Below are positions 14,348 to 19,024 of a DNA stretch of 19,024 nucleotides, one piece after another. The position numbers and the translations under genes are program-made. The notes below the pieces were generated by a model that searched no databases, had not been told where the DNA came from, and saw nothing but the letters and a program-made list of their open reading frames with translations. The stretch lies in contig CACXDT010000118.1 in assembly GCA_902766405.1 (NCBI GenBank), positions 1 through 19,024 of the forward strand. The letters are read 5' to 3'. The stretch comes from Oscillospiraceae bacterium (GTDB taxonomy: Bacteria; Bacillota; Clostridia; Oscillospirales; Oscillospiraceae). Numbering within the stretch: position 1 is the stretch's first letter; each line of letters starts with the position of its first letter.

Positions 14348-14363
14348 GGTGCAAACTTGCACC
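14348..14363. promoter_or_regulatory. 16-bp palindrome GGTGCAA-ac-TTGCACC (candidate operator)
   Basis: Perfect 7-bp inverted arms. Further TTGCAC/TTGC..GCAA half-sites lie just upstream (14314-14319 and 14326-14335). It sits in the non-coding island between convergent terminators. Confidence 0.5.
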
Positions 14364-14477
14364 AAAGCAGCCTGCTGAGCGGGTTTTCTTACTTGCCTAC
14401 CATTTGCGTGACCTCACGAAAATGATATGAGTTACACTTCCGGGCGGCAAAAAGTGAAACTCATTTCCGAAAGGGCA

Positions 14478-14508
14478 TAAAAAAAGACGCCCCCGCAGAG
14501 CGGGAGCG
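14478..14508 (-). terminator. Rho-independent terminator ending the minus-strand operon
   Basis: The minus strand reads CGCTCCCGC-tct-GCGGGGGCG followed by TCTTTTTTTAT. It lies 27 nt downstream of the TAG stop at 14535-14537. Confidence 0.8.
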
Positions 14509-14534
14509 TGAAAAAGAACAATATATGCCGGATG

Positions 14535-14759
14535 CTAAACGGCTTTTATCTCTACGCTAAAGCGCAATTCGAGTTCGCGGATCCTCGCGACGACCTCCTG
14601 GATTTCCTCTTCGATACTTTTCGGGATCGGATCATTATGACAGCTCTCAATCACTTTTTGGAGCTCCGTACCAGCTTCGTCCTCGCGCTCGCCGTATATC
14701 TTATAGGCGACAATCTTGAAATTGCAAATCGTACCAAAAAGGCCTTCCACCTGGCACAT
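14535..14759 (-). CDS. Hypothetical small acidic protein
   Basis: 74 aa. The ATG is preceded by GAAAGGAG (7 nt spacing) contributed by the conserved junction repeat. It is the last gene before the terminator. I preferred it over the overlapping plus-strand ORF 14508-14780, which has no RBS or operon context. Confidence 0.65.
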   Translation of the reverse strand: MCQVEGLFGTICNFKIVAYKIYGEREDEAGTELQKVIESCHNDPIPKSIEEEIQEVVARIRELELRFSVEIKAV

Positions 14760-14772
14760 GATAATCTCCTTT

Positions 14773-14794
14773 CAAAATGATCGGGCGGCGTTAG
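14773..14794 (-). repeat. Intercistronic junction repeat, copy 1
   Basis: The minus strand reads CTAACGCCGCCCGATCATTTTG and continues into AAAGGAG (RBS). The TAA is the stop of 14791-15330. Confidence 0.9.
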
Positions 14795-15330
14795 TCGTTC
14801 TCGCGGAGCGCAACAAAGGCGACAAACCCCTGCCAGACATACACCGAATAGCGGCCTTGCAGCGTGCGAGACACTGCATCACCGCAATCAAACGTGAAGA
14901 TATTAAATTCTCCGTCGATGATCGTAAAGAAATCCATGATTGAATTGCAAATAAAGTCACTCTCTTTCGTGAACACAGCGACGCGCGTCACGCCGTCACC
15001 CTCGCCGTTCGGAATCAACACGGAAAACTGCTTGTTCCCGACTTTCACGGAACCGGCTTCGCTCTCTGTCTTGAAACACCGTTCGCCAAATTCTTCCCGG
15101 ATGAATTTCCAGCACAGAGCCGGGCGCTCTCGCCGCATCAGCTCTTGATAAAACTGCTTGCTACGCTCCTCCCGGTGCGAGAGATACAGATCGACAAACT
15201 CCTCAACGCTGCGGGACGCTTCAGCGCAGGCATCAACAATGGCCTGGTCAGTTGAAAACTCGTTGTTCATGCAACGACGGAGAAAATTATCTCCGGTCTC
15301 GTGCGGGAAAACAATGCTATCACGGTTCAT
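14791..15330 (-). CDS. Hypothetical protein
   Basis: ATG at 15330 (MNRDSIVF...) lies 8 nt after AAGGAG. The listed TTG at 15348 lies inside the junction repeat and was rejected. 179 aa, and the TAA stop is part of junction repeat copy 1. Confidence 0.7.
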   Translation of the reverse strand: MNRDSIVFPHETGDNFLRRCMNNEFSTDQAIVDACAEASRSVEEFVDLYLSHREERSKQFYQELMRRERPALCWKFIREEFGERCFKTESEAGSVKVGNKQFSVLIPNGEGDGVTRVAVFTKESDFICNSIMDFFTIIDGEFNIFTFDCGDAVSRTLQGRYSVYVWQGFVAFVALREND

Positions 15331-15345
15331 TGTATGGTCTCCTTT

Positions 15346-15367
15346 CAAAATGATCGGGCTGCGTTAG
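15346..15367 (-). repeat. Intercistronic junction repeat, copy 2
   Basis: The minus strand reads CTAACGCAGCCCGATCATTTTG and continues into AAAGGAG. The TAA is the stop of 15364-15708. Confidence 0.9.
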
Positions 15368-15708
15368 CACCATTCGTCGGGAACGATCAGAATACCTCCA
15401 TCGGGGAGATCATAGACGGAGCCAGGCTCGTCATCCTCGCCGCTGTAGATTCTCGGGATATCGCCGTTGTGATCGGATTCGATCACGGCAAACTCGGCAT
15501 CAGGCATGGCATCGACTATATGCGCCACGCGGCACACAGTGCCAGCCATAGCTTCGATAGAGCCAGGAGCGACAGGAAAGCCCACACATCCCGTATAGAA
15601 AAGCTTGGGGATTTGGTCGTCGTCATAGGACGACCAATTATCAACAACGATATTGTTGCCGTAGATGATAATACCGGCTTCGTGCCGGGTCAGTTCTTGC
15701 AGTGTCAT
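15364..15708 (-). CDS. Hypothetical, strongly acidic protein
   Basis: ATG at 15708 (MTLQEL...) lies 9 nt after GGAGG, so the listed 15753 start was rejected. 114 aa with 21 Asp/Glu against 4 Lys/Arg. The TAA stop is part of junction repeat copy 2. Confidence 0.7.
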   Translation of the reverse strand: MTLQELTRHEAGIIIYGNNIVVDNWSSYDDDQIPKLFYTGCVGFPVAPGSIEAMAGTVCRVAHIVDAMPDAEFAVIESDHNGDIPRIYSGEDDEPGSVYDLPDGGILIVPDEWC

Positions 15709-15721
15709 GTTTGTTACCTCC

Positions 15722-15746
15722 GTGATTTGATGGTGATTTGATGGTG
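15722..15746 (-). repeat. Tandem 11-bp repeat (2.3 units) in a 5' leader
   Basis: The plus strand reads gtgatttgatg gtgatttgatg gtg. The minus strand reads CACCATCAAATCACCATCAAATCAC and directly abuts the GGAGG RBS of 15364-15708. Confidence 0.85.
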
Positions 15747-15783
15747 TTATCATACACGATTAGCTGTCCAGAAAAACGGACTT

Positions 15784-15805
15784 TGAAATGATCGGGCGGC
15801 GTTAG
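15784..15805 (-). repeat. Intercistronic junction repeat, copy 3
   Basis: The minus strand reads CTAACGCCGCCCGATCATTTCA. The TAA is the stop of 15802-15984. Confidence 0.9.
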
Positions 15806-15984
15806 TCCTTGCCGCCCTTGAAGGTGTCGAACACGGACGGAACCTGTTGGGAGATCACCACGCGGGGCAGCTCCTCCGGCTCGTTCTCGTGCTCCTCCGG
15901 GTGCCGGTCGATGTGGACGGCGGCAATCGTGCCGATAATCATAAAGCCGCCGAACATCGCCAGGATGGCATAGATCACGCTCAT
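15802..15984 (-). CDS. Small membrane protein (one TM helix plus acidic tail)
   Basis: 60 aa with GGAGG 7 nt upstream. The start lies 4 nt after the RHH gene stop. It has a TM segment VIYAILAMFGGFMIIGTIAAV followed by HPEEHENEPEE. The TAA stop is part of junction repeat copy 3. Confidence 0.65.
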   Translation of the reverse strand: MSVIYAILAMFGGFMIIGTIAAVHIDRHPEEHENEPEELPRVVISQQVPSVFDTFKGGKD

Positions 15985-15987
15985 AGA

Positions 15988-16197
15988 TCAACCTCCGTTC
16001 CGGGCTATGTCCTCCCGGATCAGGCGCTTAATGTAGCGTTGCACACTATCCTCTTTTTGGATCCTCGACAGAATATCAGCGTCGGTCTTGACGTTAAACT
16101 TCATGCTGATGTGCTTTGCGTTCACGGCATCGTACCGCGCCTTTGCTTCGTTCTGCGCGCGGCGCGCCTCGTCGGGCGTGTAGACCGTTTTCGGCAT
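15988..16197 (-). CDS. Ribbon-helix-helix (Arc/CopG/MetJ-type) DNA-binding protein
   Basis: 69 aa with an AAAGGAG RBS 8 nt upstream. The C-terminal KHISMKFNV (beta strand), TDADILSRIQ (helix) and SVQRYIKRLIREDIA (helix) fit the RHH layout. It is the first gene after a near-consensus promoter. Confidence 0.65.
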   Translation of the reverse strand: MPKTVYTPDEARRAQNEAKARYDAVNAKHISMKFNVKTDADILSRIQKEDSVQRYIKRLIREDIARNGG

Positions 16198-16229
16198 GGT
16201 GTTGGCTCCTTTCTTTCGGTGTTACCGTC

Positions 16230-16258
16230 AGTATAATACGACGCGGCGCGCGTGTCAA
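16230..16258 (-). promoter_or_regulatory. Near-consensus sigma-A/sigma-70 promoter
   Basis: The minus strand reads TTGACA (16258-16253), a 17-nt spacer, then TATACT (16235-16230), about 30 nt upstream of the RHH gene RBS. The -35 box is fused to junction repeat copy 4. The spacer contains the palindrome ACGCG-cgc-CGCGT (16241-16253). Confidence 0.7.
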
Positions 16259-16276
16259 ATGATTCGGCGGCGTCAG
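16255..16276 (-). repeat. Intercistronic junction repeat, copy 4 (fused to promoter -35)
   Basis: The minus strand reads CTGACGCCGCCGAATCATTTGA, and its 3' TTGA begins the TTGACA -35 box. Confidence 0.85.
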
Positions 16277-16292
16277 GCCGCGAAATTGTTTT

Positions 16293-16649
16293 TTATCCTT
16301 GCTGCCCCCTCCTCTCGTAGTCATCGCAAGATGTTACCACTTCGTTTTCTTCGTCAAATTCAAGCACGCCGTAGCAGTAGAGTTCGCATCCTGCCGGGCT
16401 CTTGTCGTGATTACAAGTATCACACAAGGATTTCATGGCACAAGCCTCTTGCAGATAGCTCGCATTGATAAGCTTTACACGATGCTCCAGCGCCTTTATA
16501 GCAGGGTCGGGATCGGTGAATGCCTGATCGGGTGTTGTGTAATACACATCTTCCTCCGGCTTTCTCCAAACGATCATAAAGCGATTATTTGCGGCCATCA
16601 AAGCCCAGGTAATACCGCGCTTGTCCTCTATGGGGTGGATAATATTCAT
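16293..16649 (-). CDS. Hypothetical Cys-rich protein
   Basis: ATG at 16649 (MNIIHPIEDK...) lies 8 nt after AAGGAGG. The listed 16829 start would run through the upstream small gene and its junction repeat, so it was rejected. 118 aa, with C-terminal CDTCNHDKSPAGCELYC. Confidence 0.7.
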   Translation of the reverse strand: MNIIHPIEDKRGITWALMAANNRFMIVWRKPEEDVYYTTPDQAFTDPDPAIKALEHRVKLINASYLQEACAMKSLCDTCNHDKSPAGCELYCYGVLEFDEENEVVTSCDDYERRGQQG

Positions 16650-16693
16650 ATACTTGCCTCCTTGCCCGCGTATAAGGCCCACGGGCGGGCGCG

Positions 16694-16715
16694 TGAAATG
16701 ATTTTGCGGCGTTAT
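16694..16715 (-). repeat. Intercistronic junction repeat, copy 5
   Basis: The minus strand reads ATAACGCCGCAAAATCATTTCA. The TAA is the stop of the 46-aa gene. Confidence 0.8.
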
Positions 16716-16852
16716 GCGCCGACTTCCTGCCACTCGGGGATCCGGTCGCCGTCGTCCTCCTCGTTGCCCTCGGCGGCGAGGATGCGCAGCATATTGATAA
16801 CGACGATCAACGTGCCGAACAGGGTGCATCCCCTTTTTCTCTTTCCGGTCAT
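16712..16852 (-). CDS. Micro membrane protein, 46 aa (below the ORF-track cut-off)
   Basis: Hand translation gives MTGKRKRGCTLFGTLIVVINMLRILAAEGNEEDDGDRIPEWQEVGA*. The RBS GAAAGGAG comes from junction repeat copy 6, although the 12-nt spacing is long. The TAA stop is part of copy 5. Its architecture (basic N-terminus, TM helix, acidic tail) parallels 15802-15984. Confidence 0.5.
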   Translation of the reverse strand: MTGKRKRGCTLFGTLIVVINMLRILAAEGNEEDDGDRIPEWQEVGA

Positions 16853-16871
16853 GTGGTGTTGGCTCTCCTTT

Positions 16872-16893
16872 CGGAATGATTTGGCGGCGTTGC
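16872..16893 (-). repeat. Intercistronic junction repeat, copy 6
   Basis: The minus strand reads GCAACGCCGCCAAATCATTCCG and continues into AAAGGAG (RBS). Confidence 0.8.
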
Positions 16894-16939
16894 CGCTGGG
16901 CGGGTTATTTCTATGCCGCCACCCGTGGGGCGGGCTGTG

Positions 16940-17626
16940 TCATGCGTAGGTGGAATAGTCGTAGAGCTTGCCAAACTCGACCGGATGGAGCGTGACGCCG
17001 GCGCTCAACGTGGGATCGAGGATATAAGGCACATCGGGCGAGAAATCTGTAAACTTGCTGCGTACCGTGTACTGCTTATCGTTGCGGAACACGTCGCGGC
17101 GCGGGCGCTTCAGGCCGGTCATGTGAGAATCCTCGCCGGACGCGGCGGCGAGCTCGCGCAGGATCAAGGTGTGCTTGCCGCGCAGGCCCACAACCTGATA
17201 AAAGTCGATGTTGGTCTGCTCCCAGCCCCAGGATGAATACAGGATATCGCCGACGTGGACGCCCTCGGCGTTCTGCGTGGGCTCCTCACGGGAGAGCATA
17301 TAGGCAGATTCAGCGGCGAACTCCTCCGGGGTATAGGTCAAAAGCCTCTCGCGGATCCCGCTGCGCTCGGCGCGCTGATCGGCGTACATTTTGCCGAGCT
17401 TTTCGCGGTGCTGCTCCTGCTCCTCCTCCGTCCAGGCTCCCATGCCGTAGGCCTCAAAGCTGTTAGGCCCGGCGGGCTTTATGGCCTCGATGTAATAATC
17501 CGGGTGACGGGCAAGGAACTGCGAGCGCGCGGCGTCGAGCGCCTCAGCCTCTTCGGCGGTAAAGGTTGTCAGGTGGACGGGGCTTTCCTTGTCGGCCTTG
17601 CGGCCCCAGTGGATGATATAACGCAT
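16940..17626 (-). CDS. Hypothetical protein
   Basis: 228-aa ORF whose ATG is preceded by AGAAAGGA from the 59-bp junction unit. No family recognised. Confidence 0.7.
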   Translation of the reverse strand: MRYIIHWGRKADKESPVHLTTFTAEEAEALDAARSQFLARHPDYYIEAIKPAGPNSFEAYGMGAWTEEEQEQHREKLGKMYADQRAERSGIRERLLTYTPEEFAAESAYMLSREEPTQNAEGVHVGDILYSSWGWEQTNIDFYQVVGLRGKHTLILRELAAASGEDSHMTGLKRPRRDVFRNDKQYTVRSKFTDFSPDVPYILDPTLSAGVTLHPVEFGKLYDYSTYA

Positions 17627-17633
17627 TGTTTTA

Positions 17634-17692
17634 TCCTTTCTGCCCTCGTGACCTCCGGGGCGGGCATGATTTGAAATAATCCGGCGGCGTTA
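17634..17692 (-). repeat. 59-bp junction unit A (contains junction repeat copy 7, 17672-17693)
   Basis: The plus strand reads tcctttctgccctcgtgacctccggggcgggcatgatttgaaataatccggcggcgtta, identical to 17961-18019. On the minus strand it starts with the TAA stop and ends in AGAAAGGA (RBS). Confidence 0.95.
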
Positions 17693-17953
17693 GGCTTCGA
17701 AAAAGCGCGCAGGATCATCCGGGTCTACCAAGCGGCCAAAAATGTTTTTCCCGTCGTTCTGCCAATTCAACAGGGTTTTCCCAAGCTCGCAGCCCTCCGC
17801 CGTCTCGTAGACGGAATACCCGGCAGACATTCTTTCGATTCCGTTGTTTCTCACGCCCTTGAGGAAGAGTATCATTTGATCGAGCCGGTCGATGTCCACT
17901 GTTCCTATCTCCCCCAGCGGATTCAAGGTTTTGCAGTACATGAAGCGGTACAT
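17690..17953 (-). CDS. Hypothetical protein
   Basis: 87-aa ORF bounded on both sides by the perfect 59-bp junction unit. The TAA stop lies inside copy 7. Confidence 0.65.
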   Translation of the reverse strand: MYRFMYCKTLNPLGEIGTVDIDRLDQMILFLKGVRNNGIERMSAGYSVYETAEGCELGKTLLNWQNDGKNIFGRLVDPDDPARFFEA

Positions 17954-17960
17954 AAAGCTT

Positions 17961-18019
17961 TCCTTTCTGCCCTCGTGACCTCCGGGGCGGGCATGATTTG
18001 AAATAATCCGGCGGCGTTA
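17961..18019 (-). repeat. 59-bp junction unit B (contains junction repeat copy 8, 17999-18020)
   Basis: Perfect 59/59 direct repeat of 17634-17692. The flanks diverge immediately on both sides. Confidence 0.95.
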
Positions 18020-19024
18020 ATCCGCCAGGCTCGCGGCGAACTCCTCCGGCGTGAGGGCCGTTTCCTCGTCTGCCCGGCGGACGATCTCGGCATAGGCCGC
18101 TTGCCCCTGCCAGGGGCGCCCGTCGGCGTAGGTCATGTTTGAGGCCGTGTGCTCGTAGGTGACGTTTTTCGGGCCACAGCGCACGACACGCACGACGCCC
18201 CAGCGCTTGACGACGATCAAATCACCCTTTTTCAGATTTTTCCGGCTGAACTCCACGCCGCCCAGCGCGTCAAGCGCGTCCTGATAATAGCCAAGCTTAT
18301 CAAGCTCGACCTCGATCCGGTCAAGCCAGTATTCCAGATTCTCGCGGGCTTTATCAAGGCTGATCGGCTCGCCTGCGTAGTTTTTCAGCTCCTCGCCAGC
18401 TTCCAGACGTGTGACCGTGCGCTCCTGCGCGTCGTAGCTCCTGCGCAGCGCGCGGAGATTTGCTTCACACTCATTGATGCGGCGTTGTATAAAACCCTTG
18501 TCGGTCAGCTCCTTCCCGGCCGCCGTGCGGCGGGCGGTCTCGGCGCGCTCCTGCCAGTATTCCGACTTGCGGAACTCGTCAAAACCACGCTCCCAGGCTG
18601 CAAACATCTTTTCCCGGCGGCGTCCGAACGCCCGGCCCGCGCTGGTGTTCACGATGGGCTGTGTGAAAAAGGCGATATCACCGTGCATTTTCTCGATGGG
18701 GGCTTGCAACTGCTCGCCGCGTTTTTCGGCGGCGTCGGCGCGGGCGTCGTACCTCTCCGCGCGGCGCTCGGCGCGCTCCTGCTTGCGTTCCATCTGCTCG
18801 GCAAAGCTCAGGCGCTCGCCCGTTTGCCCGGCGTCGGCCAGGCCGATGCGCTCCGCACAGCGGCGCGCCCAATGCAAATTAGGCTCTTTGCAGCGGCTGA
18901 TCCAGCAACCGGAATTGCGGCCCCACAAGAAATTGCTCTTGATATCGGCTTTCTGCTCGTCGGTCAGGGCGGAATAAACCGACTTTTCAAAGTGCAGCTC
19001 CAGCTTGCCCGTCTCGCGGTTGAC
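18017..19024 (-). CDS. DUF3560-like protein, 5'-partial (continues beyond window)
   Basis: Hand translation upstream of the listed TTG at 18928 stays open to the window edge (VNRETGKLELHFEKSVYSALTDEQKADIKSNFLWGRNSGCW...). The ...LTDEQKADIKSNFLW....GCW module and FTQPIVNTSAGRAFGRRREKMFAAWERGFDEFRKSEYWQERAE resemble the DUF3560 core as I recall it (GQPILVGHHSE.R.R...). The CDS is firm; the family call is moderate. Confidence 0.6.
   Translation of the reverse strand, partial: VNRETGKLELHFEKSVYSALTDEQKADIKSNFLWGRNSGCWISRCKEPNLHWARRCAERIGLADAGQTGERLSFAEQMERKQERAERRAERYDARADAAEKRGEQLQAPIEKMHGDIAFFTQPIVNTSAGRAFGRRREKMFAAWERGFDEFRKSEYWQERAETARRTAAGKELTDKGFIQRRINECEANLRALRRSYDAQERTVTRLEAGEELKNYAGEPISLDKARENLEYWLDRIEVELDKLGYYQDALDALGGVEFSRKNLKKGDLIVVKRWGVVRVVRCGPKNVTYEHTASNMTYADGRPWQGQAAYAEIVRRADEETALTPEEFAASLAD

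Noticed and set aside
14104-14430. ORFs of 73-108 aa on both strands inside the non-coding island
   Set aside because: None has a Shine-Dalgarno sequence. They lie between two convergent terminators, have odd Arg/Cys/Phe-rich composition, and overlap each other.
14508-14780. 90-aa plus-strand ORF overlapping minus-strand gene 14535-14759
   Set aside because: It would start inside the minus-strand terminator and has no RBS. The minus-strand ORF has a GAAAGGAG RBS supplied by the conserved junction and fits the operon.
16232-16237. Perfect TATAAT on the plus strand inside the 16.2-kb junction as a plus-strand promoter
   Set aside because: There is no -35 or TG extension upstream (ctttct), and there is no plus-strand gene downstream. 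The hexamer overlaps the -10 region (TATTAT/TATACT) of the well-formed minus-strand promoter.
16650-16829. N-terminal extension of 16293-16649 to the listed start at 16829 (likewise 2376, 6563, 7274, 11266, 12357, 13578, 15348 and 15753)
   Set aside because: The extended starts lack an RBS and run through upstream genes, terminators or junction repeats. Internal ATGs with GGAGG-type RBS at 7-9 nt give tidy non-overlapping gene packing.
14773-18020. Junction repeats interpreted as integron attC sites (gene cassettes plus the nearby tyrosine recombinase)
   Set aside because: Only copy 7 fits the RYYYAAC/GTTRRRY core. The repeats lack the paired inverted R''/L''-L'/R' structure of attC. The recombinase is too short to be IntI-like, lies 2-5 kb away on the other strand beyond two terminators, and has no attI or Pc arrangement. 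The cassette-like idea is kept only as a loose analogy.
14773-18020. Junction repeats interpreted as a CRISPR array
   Set aside because: The spacers are 140-690 bp protein-coding genes of very unequal length. The repeats are imperfect and partly coding (stop codon, RBS). No cas genes or leader are present.

Overview
GC-rich phage or prophage segment with strong GGAGG-type ribosome binding sites, which suggests a Firmicutes/Clostridia host (inference only).

Plus strand, 1-13982:
- The distal part of a PBSX/P2-like contractile-tail and baseplate module. It holds a 5'-truncated tape measure, a LysM/gpX-like protein, a gp25/W-like protein, baseplate J, a gpI-like protein, short fibre-like and coiled-coil proteins, and two XkdX-like paralogues.
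- The module runs straight into a complete diversity-generating retroelement (DGR). Its parts are a lectin-fold target gene (7518-8735) with a C-terminal VR (8608-8727), Avd (9092-9508), TR (9578-9697) and the reverse transcriptase (9958-11259).
- VR and TR align over 120 bp with 13 mismatches, and every mismatch is at a TR adenine.
- Downstream lie a membrane-anchored coiled-coil protein, a lipoprotein, a short catalytic-domain-only tyrosine recombinase, a YhaM-like HD hydrolase and one hypothetical gene.

Non-coding island, about 14023-14477: it lies between convergent terminators and is rich in TTGACA boxes and palindromes.

Minus strand, 19024 down to 14535: one operon of ten small, mostly orphan genes. 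These include a DUF3560-like protein (5'-truncated by the window), an Arc/CopG-type RHH protein, two micro membrane proteins and very acidic proteins.
- The intercistronic junctions carry a conserved, same-orientation ~22-nt repeat, (C)TAACGCCGCCnnATyATTTyr. There are 8 clean copies and 2 degenerate ones.
- In 6 copies the TAA of the repeat is the stop codon of the upstream gene.
- Two junctions are a perfect 59-bp duplicate.
- One copy supplies the -35 box of a near-consensus promoter.

The DGR is the clearest system in the window. The junction-repeat array is the least explained signal.

All family names come from motif recognition by eye. No database search was possible.
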